From the NCBI GenBank assembly GCA_951406725.2, contig OX597827.1, positions 70,060,001-70,124,000 on the forward strand: a DNA stretch of 64,000 bases, written 5' to 3'. The position numbers were made by a program, and so were the translations under genes. This DNA comes from Octopus vulgaris (lineage: Eukaryota). Positions 12,756 to 25,340 of this stretch are shown here, in pieces; position 1 is the stretch's first letter; every line of letters starts with the position of its first letter. Below the pieces are notes generated by a model. The model saw only the letters and a list, made by a program, of their open reading frames with translations, was not told the DNA's origin and did no database searches.

Positions 12756-13179
12756 ATTTCGTGAGCTTTTATTTACATTTTACATTTTATTTATTTCAGC
12801 CATTTGACCGCGGCCGTGCTGGAGCACCAAAATTGACTTTTTTTATTTGTTTGTTAGTTTTGGGTGTGATACTCTATCGACCTCTTTTGCAGAATCGCTA
12901 AGTTACAGGACGTAAACAAACATATACATATATACGCGCAGGAGTGGTTGTGTGGTAAGAAGCTTGTCTCCCAACCATATGGTTCCGGGTTCAGTCCCAC
13001 TGTGTGGCACCTTGGGGCAAGTGTCTTCTACGATAGCCTCGAGCCAACCGAAGCCTTGAGAGTGGGTTTGGTAGACGGAAGGAAGGAAGAAAGAAGGAAG
13101 GAAGAAGGAAGAAAGAAAGAAGGAAAGAAAGAAAGAAGGAAGGAAGGAAGGAAGAAGGAAGGAAGGAAAGAAAGCAGGA

Positions 13180-13213
<34 letters not shown>

Positions 13214-13782
13214 ATATAATTCCTCATCTCTTAAATATAGAACTGTATTGTCTAAGGACATGCTTTACTTTTCTGCCCCAAGATGAATGAAGCGGATGCT
13301 GAACTGTTCCGATGTATTCCACAGCAAAAACAGGAAAATTGCAGCAAAATTGCGTGGCATTTGTGTGAGATGTGGCATTCAGACCACCATATAACTTGGT
13401 TGACATTCGCAATGCATTTGTATTCTTCTCTTCCATTTTATTTTGATAGCCACAATGCGTGTTCAAACGTCTCTTTCCAGTTCTTACAGAAAGCTGTTTA
13501 CAAATCACAACCATCCCACGAACCTGCGTTCGTGAAGAGCGCTTCGCCCTGCGATAGTTGTAAGGTAATCGAAGTGAAGCATGATTTTCTACATTGTGTT
13601 TGATTTTTTGTTTTTTTCCTTGAGTACAAACGTGGCAAATTCGAATCTTCCTCGAAGCTGGATTAACACGTTCATTTGCTTCCAAATAACAACGGCAATA
13701 GCGGTGGAGGCATGGAGGCAGAGAAAGTACCACTGCCTGGTACTGCATCAGGGCATTTATTATTATTATTATTATTATTATT

Positions 13783-14337
13783 GAGCAAGAGAGCAGTGCA
13801 TGCCATCTAAGTGACACTGTGGTAAAATATACGAAGCCCAATATACCCATCATGACCACCCGTCTGATAAGGGTACATCGGGCAATGCATCATAACCATA
13901 TGTGCTCGATATATTGATCACATATCAAGACAAACAGCGCATGACCTTGCAGGTAGGACCCAGTTAGAATTTTCTTCAGGTCGAGTAGCCCATCCCACTC
14001 AAAAGGTCCTTGAATAAGGGTTGTTTAAGGATGTTCAACGAAACACCCATGTTTCCAAAGGCGAATAATCCAGTCTCCAAAGAATTCCTCTCAACACATG
14101 GCTATGATGCTCCCCCACTACTTCTGCTCGTGGTCAGAGATACACATATCGTCAGCCACTAAGGGACATGCTCAACTGGTTATGGTCAAACAACTGACAA
14201 TCAAATCTGTGGTATTGAGCAGAATATTTGCTGTAGCTCATCTTTTATACCAAGACAAAACAATGTACATGATAACACTTCCAATCAGTTAAGACCAGAA
14301 GCCATGCGAGCCACTGCCTGGTACTACATCAGGACAT

Positions 14338-14340
<3 letters not shown>
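13783..14340. mobile_element. Unclassified interspersed repeat between (TAT)n and (CAT)n tracts
   Basis: Partial second copy at 25718-25880. Its terminal 29-mer CCACTGCCTGGTACT(G/A)CATCAGG(G/A)CATTT also occurs at about 13730. Confidence 0.6.
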
Positions 14341-14376
<36 letters not shown>

Positions 14377-14404
14377 GTCATCATCGTCATCATCGTCATC
14401 ATCG

Positions 14405-14447
<43 letters not shown>

Positions 14448-16014
14448 TAATATTATTATTATTATTCCTTGAATCTAAGGCGGAAGGACGTGTAACTTGT
14501 CACTCTGTTGAGCTTGTTATTTAACAAACATAACTGATGAAAAAAAAAAAATTTTTTTTTTCAATACCGCCTTCAGAGAACCCATACCAAAACACGTATT
14601 TAAATAACTCTCATATATGTAGAGATTAAAAAAAAACAGAAAGCTGATCATTTTTCAACATTTTTAAACATTTACAATTCGACCTAAAAAATGGCTACCA
14701 CTCTTTTTTTTAAAACAGAGATATAACCCACACAAAGTTTAACTAAATATCTGCATAGAAAGCGAATATCAGCATAGAAAGCCAAACAATAAATTATTTT
14801 TAAAAATATTTATTTAATCACTCCTACGTAGTCATAGGAGTGGCTGTGTGGTAAGTAGCTTGCTTGCCAACCACATGGTTCTGGGTTCAGTCCCACTGCG
14901 TGGCACCAAGGAAAGTGTCTTCTACTATAGCCTTGGGCCGACCAAAGCCTTGTGAGTGGATTTGGTAGACGGAAATTGAAAGAAGCCCGTCGTATATATA
15001 TAAATGTATGTGTGTGTATATGCTTCTGTATCTGTGTTTGTCCCCCCAACATCGCTTGACACCTGATGCTGGTGTGTTTTCGTCCCCGTAACTTAGCGAT
15101 TCGGCAAAAGAGGCCGATAGAATAAGTACCATTCTTACAAAGAATAAGTCCTGGGGTCGATTTGCTCGACTAAAGGTGGTGCTCCAGCATGACCCCAGTC
15201 AAATGACTGAAACAAGTATAAGAATAAAAGAATAATCACACAACAAAATTAATCGCATGGCAAAATATAAACGTTTTATATGAAAAATAATTTTTTGTAG
15301 AAAAGGTTGCTGTTGTTGCTGCTGCTGTTATTGTTTTGAATGGGTGTAGATGTGGCTTTTTTCATTTTTTTTTGTTTATTTTCTTCTTTCTGTTCTTGCT
15401 TTTGTCTTTTGGATTACTTATCTCTTCCAAGGGCTTTTTTTCTCTTTTAGAAAGTGGATTTAAAAAAATTTATTTTTCTTGTTTTTCTCGTGTAAAAATA
15501 TTTATCATGGCCAGTTTACTCTATACAGTTGATTTCTCGTTGGCATCTCGTTTTATCGATAATTTGAACTTAGTTATGGTTCAACTTCATCTAATACGGA
15601 ATGATGGAGTCAAGGAAATGTCTCCAAAAGCAGAACGGAAACAAAGCGCTCTGCCATTGCCGGAAAACACAAACCTAGTTTGTTACAAATACGCAAAGAC
15701 TTTAAAAATAGAAAAATTAGCATTTTTAGAGAGGAAGAAAAATCTCTTTCGGTGGTTCTACCTTGATTTCAAAAATATTCTTTCTTTTAAAGTGTTGCTC
15801 TGTAGGGCAAGTAACAAAAACGGTTGACCAGTCTTTTACAGTCCTGGTCCACTAAATAACAAAGTACGACATTAAAATAATAAAAAAAAAAGCAGATTTG
15901 TGCAAAGAAAAACAAGAAGAACTCACGGAACTTCCAAAACATGTTCAGCTTCGGTGAGAAACAATAACGATTGTAATTCTTTATAATTTTGCACAAGGAC
16001 AACGATTTTTTTAA

Positions 16015-16420
16015 GGGTGGGGGTAAGTCGATGACATCGACCCCAATGCACAACTGGTACTTATTTTATCAACCCTGAAAGGATGAGAGGCGAAATTGAC
16101 CTTAGTTAAATTTGAACTCTGAACATCAAGAGTCAAGAGAAATGCCGCTAAGCTCTTTGCCAGACGTGCTTTCGATTCTGCCAATTCGCCGCCTTAATAA
16201 TGGTTTCAAAATTTTGGCACAGGATTAGCAGTTTTTGAGGAGAGGAGCAAGTCGATTACATCGACGACGCCCACCTCCACCCCAGTACTTGACAGGTACT
16301 TATTGTATCGGTCCCGAAAGGATTGAAAGGTAAAGTTGACCTCGACGGAATTTGAGCCCAGAGCACGAAGATGGAGGAAACGCCGCTTGGCATGCTAACG
16401 ATTCTGCTAGCTCACCGCCT
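16015..16420 (-). mobile_element. Two tandem SINE family B copies
   Basis: Each has the ACATCGAC...GGTACTTA...GAAAGGAT...TTTGA(A/G)C pattern and ends in CGCCTT-(AAT)n. Confidence 0.7.
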
Positions 16421-16434
16421 TAATAATAATAATA

Positions 16435-16985
16435 ATAAATTCTTTTTATTGGCCACAAGGGCTGACAAATATGATTGGAAAACATAAAGGGACAAAGAGG
16501 ACGAAAGGTTACAAAGGGTTTTGTCTGTTTGTGAAAAAAAAAACGAGTAAAATTTTAACAACGAAAAACTCCCAATAGAGGAGACGCTTCGAAAAAAGAA
16601 AAGGTCTCACGTAGAAAAACCCATAAAAGCCACGGGAGCTTGGTCAAAAGGTGGGTAGAGAGCCCCTTTCTCCCTTTATAATACATTTTTCAATTACAGG
16701 CGAAACCTCAGAATTGGTCCATTTATACTGGCCATTCTTGCACAGTTCACCCACCTTTCAGAAAACTTGCTATCAGACAGCACTCTCTTCTCTAACCTCA
16801 TCTTCCTTTTCAAGTGAAACTTGAAAAAGTTGACGAGGCCTTGACCAAAGAGGAAAGTGTCTGACTTTAGCCCTTTCAAACGAGTCCACCATACAACCTC
16901 TTTCGCCACAGCCACTAGGCACAGGAAAACTGCCTTGCCCTCCTTGTTAAAGGAGGTCGGCGGGGCAATCTTCACTATGGATTCA
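16435..16985 (-). mobile_element. L1/Tx1-like LINE 3' fragment inserted in (TAA)n
   Basis: ORF end LVAVAKEVVWWTR...FSERW resembles Tx1 ORF2 C-termini. 3' UTR has AATAAA at 16445-16450 and an (ATT)n tail. Confidence 0.65.
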
Positions 16986-17095
16986 ATAATAATAATAATA
17001 ATAATAATAACAACAACAAAAACAACAGCAGCAATAATAATAATAATAACAATAATAATAAAAACAATAATAATAAAAACAATACTAATAAAAAC

Positions 17096-17164
<69 letters not shown>

Positions 17165-17755
17165 CTTTTCTCTTCTAGACACAAGGCCTGAAATTTTGGA
17201 GAAGCGGCCAGTCGACCCCTTCACTAGGCAACTGGTACTTAATTTATCAACCCCGAAAGAATGAAATCAAGGTCGACTTCGGCGGAATTTGATCCCAGAA
17301 CATAAAGATGGGTGAAATACTGCTAAGCATTTTCCTCGGCATGGTGATGCTTCTCTCAGCTCACCGCCTTAATAATGATGATGATGATGATGACGACGAT
17401 GATGATGATGATGATGACGATGATGATGATGATGATAACAAACCTTTCTGCTTTTGACGCAAGGACAGAAACCCTTGAGGGGATGGAGAAGTCGATTACA
17501 TCGACCCCAGGGCTTGACAGGCACTTATTTCATCGGCCTCGAAGGATTGAAAAGCGAAGTTTACTTCAGCAGGATTTGAACTCAGAGTGTAAAGAGCCGG
17601 AAGAAATACCTTTCGGGCATTACTCCGTCTCCCTGATCCGCAAACGACGAATATATTAATATAAATTCTCTGATTTCGTTCCTAAGTGAGGGTCTGATCG
17701 ATCGCGTTAAGGTCTGTTCGATCAGCGATGAACAAGTGTGTGTGTTCGTGTGTGT

Positions 17756-17791
<36 letters not shown>

Positions 17792-17799
17792 TAATACGT

Positions 17800-17970
17800 G
17801 GCAATCTTTCGTCTCTAGTAGACCTTTCCGTCGATTTCCGTAAAAAAATTTATCTTTTTTACATATGGGCTTGCGGGAACTTTTGAAGTAATGAGAGCGA
17901 AAGAGACTAAGAGAAAGCGATTGTATGACGAGGGAAGTTCTTTTGAAGTTACCGTCCAGGAGAGCATTGA

Positions 17971-18003
<33 letters not shown>

Positions 18004-18232
18004 TTGATGGGGTGTGGGAGACAGACAGTATGTTGTGTAAGTGAAGTGCTTCTGTTAGTGTGTGTGAAGAGACAGAGTAATGTGTGAAAAAAAGAGATAA
18101 CTGAAATTTTTTACTCGGTGTATGTGTATATGTAATGTATATTACTTCAAAAGTTCCCGCAAGGCCATATGTAAAAAAAAAAAAAAATTTACGGAAATCG
18201 ACGGAAAGGTCTACTAGAGACGAAAGATCGCC
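17800..18232. mobile_element. MITE with ~90-bp terminal inverted repeats
   Basis: 17800-17892 is nearly the reverse complement of 18141-18232. Confidence 0.85.
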
Positions 18233-18549
18233 CTGAATGAGTTTTTAACAGCTGATATTCATTACCTGTTAATCCCAAAACAAAACAACAGCAAAAAAAC
18301 AGGTGATATTTATATCTATTTAACACAAACTAACGAGGCCTAATAGACACAACTTAGTCGCTCGTTTGATATCAAGTTAACACCAACCCATTCCGTAACA
18401 TTCTGTTTCCAATTTCGCCAGAGAGCATCAGCTGAAAACAAATTATCTTTTCTCGTCATGGCACACTAATAAACCGCGTTCTTATACTTTATCTAACCAC
18501 CAAGTCGCCATTAATTCATCTTGACGCTAACTACAACTGACATACACTT

Positions 18550-19105
18550 TTTCTCTCTCCCACTCTTTCTGTCTGCCTGTCTGTCTGTCTTTCTCTCCCT
18601 CCCTCTCTCTTTCTTTCTTTTACCTTTCTCTCTCTCTTTCTCTCAATCTCTCTCTCAGTATCTCTCTTTCAATGTCTCTCTCTCACACATTGTCTCTCTC
18701 TTTCTCTCTCCCCAGTCTCATCCTCTCTCTCTTTCTCTGTTTCAATATCTCCCTCTCTCTTCTTCATTGTCTCTCTCTCTCTCTCAGTGTCTGTCTCTCC
18801 CTTTCTCTCTCTTTCTTTTCCTCTTTCTCTCTCTCTCTCTCAATATCTCTCTTTCAATGTCTCTCGCTCATAATGTCTCTCTCTCTCACACATTGTCTCT
18901 CTCATTCTCTTTCTTCCCATGTTTTTCTCTTTCTCTCTCCCCTGTCTCATCCTCTCTCTCTTTCTCTGTCTCAATATCTCCCTCTCTCTTCTTCATTGTC
19001 TCTCTCTCTCTCAGTGTCTGTCTCTCCTTTTCTCTCTCTTTCTTTTCCTCTTTCTCTCTCTCTCTTTCTCTCCATCTCTCTCCTGAGCTATCGCTGTTTC
19101 TCTTT
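18550..19105. repeat. Polypyrimidine (CT-rich) tract with an internal ~190-bp tandem duplication
   Basis: 18659-18840 is repeated with insertions at 18841-19070. Confidence 0.8.
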
Positions 19106-19440
19106 CTACAAGTTAACACATGTTATTTTACATCAAACCGCCCTTACGAGTAGGTAGATACGTTTGATAAATCAAATATATGCACACACTGAAAGAAAAA
19201 CTAAAAATAGCACATCAAAGCCCCAGCAGCATTCGATCTTACATCTTTTAGATGACTCCCCAAACGAATTACCGCTGTAGCACAGACCCTCTATAATATA
19301 TTCAGACTTGCAACTGCGCTGTTTCTCACAACGCGACACCTTAGACAAGTGTCTTCTGCTTTTTGAGTTCTAACACCAGATTATCAATATCGTTATGCCT
19401 AACTGACATAATAGTAATATCCATCCATCCATCCATATAT

Positions 19441-19778
19441 GTGAAGGCACATGGCTCAGTGATTAGGGCGTTGAGCTTACGATCGTGAGGTTGTGAGTTC
19501 GAATCCCGGACCGGGCTGCATGTTGTGTTCTTGAGCAAGACACTTTATTTCACGTTGCTCCAGTTCACTCAGATGTAGAAATGAGTTGCGATGCCACAGG
19601 TGCCAAGCTGTATCGGCCCCTTTGCCTTTCCCTTGGATAACACTGGTGGCGTGGAGAGGGGAGGCTGGTATGCATGGGCAACTGCTCGTCTTCCGTAAAC
19701 AACCTTGCCCGGACTTGTGCCTGGGAGGGTAACTTTCTAGGTGCAATCCCATGGTCATACGTGACCAAAGGGGGTCTT
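19441..19778 (+). mobile_element. tRNA-derived SINE family D
   Basis: A box TGGCTCAGTGA, B box GAGTTCGAATCC and CTTGAGCAAGACACTT core. Copies at 55971-56300 and 43714-43960. Confidence 0.85.
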
Positions 19779-20619
19779 AACATATATGTGCGTGCGTGTG
19801 AATACCATGGGCTTCTGTACTGTTTACGTCTCCCAAACTGAACCCGGAGCTATAGTAGTAGGCACTTGCCCAAGGTGCAATTCAATGGGACGGAACCTGA
19901 AACCACGTGACTGCAAAACGATCTTTTTAGCCACACATCCATGCCTGTGCCTGAGTGTGTATGTATGTGTGTACGCATGTGTGTGTACGTATGTGTGTGT
20001 GTGTGCGTGCGTGAGAGTAGGGGTAGGTTGGGGGTGTTGGTGCGTGCGCGCGCAAAGCTTTCTTCTCTAAAAGTTAAAGTTAATAGACTGAAAATTTCAT
20101 CCTCCTGTTAACAATAGCAAACTTCAGACATTTTGACATTTAATCATAGACGGAAGAGAGGTCTGGCCGTTCAACCGTAGGTTAAAGACCTCTCTGAAGT
20201 CTATTTGCTTTCGCGTTCATTCGCCCAGTACGAACATCGTAACAGCAGCAGCAGCAGTATTTGCTGCTTGTGTTTTTGTAGTTGTTTTAAAAAAATGTAG
20301 ATATATTTAAAATTCAATTCTAATTTGCTTATCATTAGAAAAATAAATATCAAATTTATATTCAGTTGGTCTGAAGAGCGTCCCTTCTATGTGAATAACT
20401 AAGCTATACAACTTGTCTGTGTGCACAAGATCCCACATACAACTATTTATGTTACACGTATGTATATATATATATATATATACACCGTACATATCTCTAA
20501 GATATTTAGAAATTTAATATTTCTGATTTTGGCAATCAGTGAAGATACTTCACTGAAAATTAGATACATATATTTACGAAGTCGAGACGGATATCTGCAG
20601 CTAGCAGGCTTCTGCTACT

Positions 20620-20664
20620 CTAGACCGATGATGGGCAAAGACCCTGAAACATGCGTGTCTCTAG
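20620..20664 (+). ncRNA. Minimal type I hammerhead motif (U4C variant)
   Basis: Stem I CUAGA/UCUAG, core CCGAUGA, stem II GGG/CCC, then GAAAC-AUGCGU-GUC with predicted cleavage after 20659. Confidence 0.6.
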
Positions 20665-20823
20665 GTGCAGGCCTAGCTGTTGGGGGTATTTGTCTCCCCT
20701 TCGTAAATATATAAGGACACAGTAAATGTGTCGAAGCCGACAGGAAGCGTTCGATGCTTCCTAGGGCTAAACAGCGGTGATGTAATCCCCTACTGTCACG
20801 TTAAATTGACAGTATACAACTAT

Positions 20824-20873
<50 letters not shown>

Positions 20874-21669
20874 CTTGTTTCAGTTATTGGACTGCGACCA
20901 TGCTAGAGCACCGCCTTGATGAGTTTAGTCGAACAAACCCCCAATATTTTATTATATCTTAAAGCCTGACACTTATTCCCTCGGCCTCTTTTTGCCGAAT
21001 CTCTTAACTTACGAAGCCGTAAACAAACCAAAACTCTGGTTGTCAACCATTGGTGAGGGACAAACACAAACACAAACAAACAAGAAATTAAATTGAAAAT
21101 GTAGAGAATATATTAGAATTAATTAGAATTTAATTACATTTTAAGATATTTGAATACACTTCACCGGTTTCACATACAGATTTTCAAAAGTGTATACTAT
21201 AAGAAAATTGTGTCGGGAATTATATCTATTCTGGCCATTGTTGTAAAAATAGTTTGTTTTTAAGGTAGGAATATAGTTCAGAACGTTATTTGTTAATGTA
21301 CCTATTGATTGTTCAACATTCATATATCAAGTTATGTGATAATTGCACGAGGTCACATGAAAGCTTTTCTCCATTGAATATATCTTATGAAAATTAGAAA
21401 AGAGAGATATGAATAAGTGATATAATAATTGTTTACATAAAAGCGTTATAGATAATTATTGCTTATTATTCTGTCGAACAATAGTGCTATCAATAAGTGC
21501 AAGTACCCTCCCATTGAATACGCAAAAACATATTCCTTTTTTGTTAACACGGTCTAACAATGATAGCTGCTACATGGATTTTTGTTTTCTTAAGAACAAG
21601 TCCAAGCAGATACTCTACAATAATTAATTCATAGAAAAAGGAGAATCGTATATTACTGATGTGGTTGGT

Positions 21670-22280
21670 AAGCAATCAACCACACATGTTTGATTGAATC
21701 AACGTCAAAACAGTTATGTATTTTTTTCTTTTTAATAAACGAACTTTCCTTATTAACTCTTGTTTGATCTGGAGTATTGTCTGCATGTTGATAGAGTGGG
21801 AAGACAAGAAATTTGAAGATTTATTTTTCGCACATGAATCCAGATGTTCCCCAAGTGGAATGTGTCTAGTTTTGGGATCACGTATTTGTTGACGATGAAT
21901 TGTTAATGTCATTCTTAAAGTGAGTTTAGTTTGTCCAATGTAGTCTTCCGTGCATTCATTGCATTTCATGGCATTTGTTATTATTTCTTGAGGAACAAGT
22001 AAAATAGTTTCAACAACAAAATCTTGTCCTGATTTAAATTTATAAGCTGTGAGAAACTTATTGAGAACAAAACTTATAAAATTTAAATCAAGACAAGTTC
22101 GTAGGTTTCGCTTCTGTTATTATTCACGCAGCCAACGAAATATATCTTTGTTCAACAACCCAACAATAGCAATCAACCACACATGCAATTGTTTAATTGA
22201 ATCAACGTCAAAACTGTTAATTGTATGTGTGTTGTCGGTAAATTTGTATATGTTGATTGTATTTCCATATTTCCATATAA
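21670..22280 (-). mobile_element. Penelope-like element fragment (GIY-YIG endonuclease) with pseudo-LTR direct repeats
   Basis: CNECTEDYIGQT...HRQQIR...HLDSC is typical of Penelope GIY-YIG domains. A ~50-bp direct repeat AGCAATCAACCACACATG...TTGAATCAACGTCAAAAC occurs at about 21671 and 22168. Confidence 0.8.
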
Positions 22281-22290
22281 CGTTTTGGTT

Positions 22291-22657
22291 ATAAGGAAGC
22301 GGTAGGGTGGTGTAAACAGGCAGAGTCATAGCTATGCCGTCGGGAACTTCGGTTCCTGGTAGAGCTACCCAAGGCGGATTGGTCTGGCACCGAGCGGTAT
22401 TAGGGCCGCAGCCTGGCCAACGGGGCTCTGGTGAAAATTCCAAGAGGCGTCTGATCGGCAACCGGCGGCTTCGAGGTCGTTCTGTCCCTGCGTCTGTGGA
22501 GACTCCGCAGCAAACAGGGCGTCCCGTCACTCGGAATATGCATGCGGGATGTCGGGAACCGCTTGTGAATTCAATATTCCCACGAAACTTCTTCTATGGG
22601 AGAAGAAGCCGGCTCAACACGCCCTGGGTGAACGCCATCACAAGTACAAGTAAGTAA
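22291..22657 (+). mobile_element. GC-rich short non-autonomous retroposon with (AAGT)n tail and 9-bp TSD
   Basis: TSD GTTTTGGTT at 22282-22290 and 22658-22666. Tail CAAGTACAAGTAAGTAA. No Pol III boxes seen. Confidence 0.7.
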
Positions 22658-25236
22658 GTTTTGGTTTATTAGAAAACACTTAATTGCATGTCAATTAGAT
22701 AGCTGCTGTCGACGAACTGTTGTTTACAGCTAGAGAAAAATAATATCACTAGGATGAAAGCACTTTTTGAAAGGGTTTTAGTGACTGAAAATTAAATTAG
22801 AAATTCGTTTATCTAGCTTTGGTACATGCCTCAATTTAAAGGGCGGATAGAATGTAGGAGAGTTTATCTCAGAATTCCATGTTTAAATTTTGGAATGCGA
22901 GATTATTGTTTGTTGTTGTAACTGTGTTCATGTGTAAACTGGTTTTTCATTTGTTTTACATAACAGCGGCAAGCAGTGACGGCAGAGTAGAATGGAGTAC
23001 GAGCGTACCTCAACTTATTTTGTTTCAAGTTACAGCTTCTTCGACCTCACGTTGTTTACTTTCATTTAAAAAGAAATTAATGGGAAATAAATAAATAAAT
23101 AAATAAACCTCAACTTCAGTCGACTTCTCCGATTTTACGTCGGTCTTAGCGAACATATTTAAAAGCACAGAAATTGAAAAAAAAAAAAAAAACACCTAAA
23201 AACCTATACTGAAAAACAAAATCAAATACATGTAAAAAAAAATATGTACAATATGTAGGCGCAGGAGTGGCTGTGTGGTAAGTAGCTTGTTTACCAACCA
23301 CATGGTTCCGGGTTCAGTGTCTTCTACTGTAGCCTCGGGCCGACCAAAGCCTTGTGAATAGATTTGGTAGACGGAAACTGAAAGAAGCCTGTCGTATATA
23401 TGTATATAGATATATATGCGTGTGTGTGTTTGTGTGTCTGTTTGTCCCCCTAGCATTGCTTGACAACCGATGCTGGTGTGTTTGTGTCCCTGTTACTTAG
23501 CGGTTCGGCAAAAGAGACCGATAGAATAAGTACTGGGCTTACAAAAAGAATAAGCCCCGGGGTCGATTTGCTCGACTAAAGGCGGTGCTCCAGCATGGCC
23601 GCAGTCACATGACTGAAACAAGTAAAAGAGTAAACCATTTATTAAAACAAATATAAGTTACTCTTTACACTTGTTTCAGTCATATACTGCAGGCATGCAG
23701 AAGCACCGCCTTTAGTCGAGCAATGTGGTTGGTAAGCAAGTTACTTACCGCACAGCCACTCCTGCGCCTTAGTTATTATTTTTTTTTAATAATTAATGTC
23801 GGTATACTTACACAAGTGGGTTACCCACCACCAATTTTGTTTCCTCATAACTTTCAGAAAAATAGATATTTTTTTTATGAAATTTTCTACGGGCGTGGCT
23901 GTGTGGTAAGAAGCGTGTTTCCCAACCATATGGTCCCAGGTTTAGTCTTACTGCGTGACACCTTGGGCAAGTGTCTTCTACTATAGCCTCGGGTTGACCA
24001 AAGTCTTGCGAGTGGATCTGGTAGACGGAAACCCGTATATATATATATATATATATACATACATACATACATGTGTGTGTGTGTGTGTGTGTGTATGTGT
24101 GTGTGTGTGCGTCTGTCCCCTATCACCGCTTGACAACCGGTGTTGGTGTGTTCACATCCTCGTAACTTAACGGTTCGGCAAAAGAAGACCGATAGAATAA
24201 GTAGAAGGCTTTACAAAACATAAGTACTGGGGTCGTATAAGTTTGACTAAAATTCTTCGACGCGTGTCAGTAGGTATGTGTGTGTGCACCCATCAATTTT
24301 TTTCCACGTTGAATTCCGAAGTAATCGTAATTTACGCAACCAAAAAGGTATTTGTAGAAGATTCCATTCAAAAATATCCATATACGCCTGTATATAAGTA
24401 TAATGGTTTCTTACATAAGCATCGAACCACAATCTAGTCACCGTACTCGATCGATTCAATCGATCGAATGAACTCGATACGACTTATTACTTCATCAAAA
24501 CAGAGGGACGAGACTAAATATATTGTAAAGCCGTCACTCTGTTTCTGCCAAATCACCACGCTAAAGTGATTTAATAATGGAGTCTGGTATTGTCTTCACG
24601 ATTTTAAGATCCGCAACGAGTAATTTCGTTGAAAATGTCCGCTTCTTTCTGTTGTAGAAGAGAGAAAAAAACTGTTTCTCTATTTACAGCTCAGTAAAAC
24701 AATATAATTATCGCTTTCCCATAAACTCTCGGGCTGTAATCACTAGTCAAGTTAACGTCTTTATGTCTTAGTAAGACAGTTTATTGAGTCTGACGAACGA
24801 AAAACGATCGTCTGCGTCAATGAATAGAAAATACGAAATAAGATTTTCAAGATTTTAAATGTTAGTTTGCGTGAGGAAGACGAAAGGCATCATACCTACA
24901 CAAATGCTTACATTCGCACGACTTTAAATCCTCATAACTTTCCACAAATGCCTTTCAGACTGTATAGATATAGATTATATCGAAATTTGCTTGCAAAAAG
25001 ACAAAACGAACAGATTTTTCTCAACAAATCTCACTATAATTGTAATTTATACTATCAGAAGAGTATTTCTGGAAAATCATAGGCGTAAGAGTGGCTGTGA
25101 AGCTTGCTTACGAACCACATGATTCTGGGTTCAGTTCCACTGCGTGGCACTTTGGACAAGTGTCTTCTACTATAGCCTTGGACCGAGCAAAGCCTTATGA
25201 GTGAATTTGGTAGACGGAAACTGAAAGAAGCCCGTC

Positions 25237-25340
<104 letters not shown>

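Noticed and set aside
13224-13730. Non-repetitive-looking ORFs on both strands (also 15336-15827)
   Set aside because: No recognisable protein motif or convincing splice pair; cannot be called without a homology search.
19441-19515. tRNA genes (here and at other SINE heads)
   Set aside because: A/B boxes are present, but no full cloverleaf or acceptor stem; they continue into SINE bodies.
22747-22790. ATGA...AAA...GA hairpin as a SECIS element or C/D snoRNA
   Set aside because: Upper helix pairs poorly, there is no proper C box, and no selenoprotein ORF is nearby.
24790-24815. CTGACGA...GAAAAACGATCGTC as a hammerhead
   Set aside because: No stem II and no stem I pairing.
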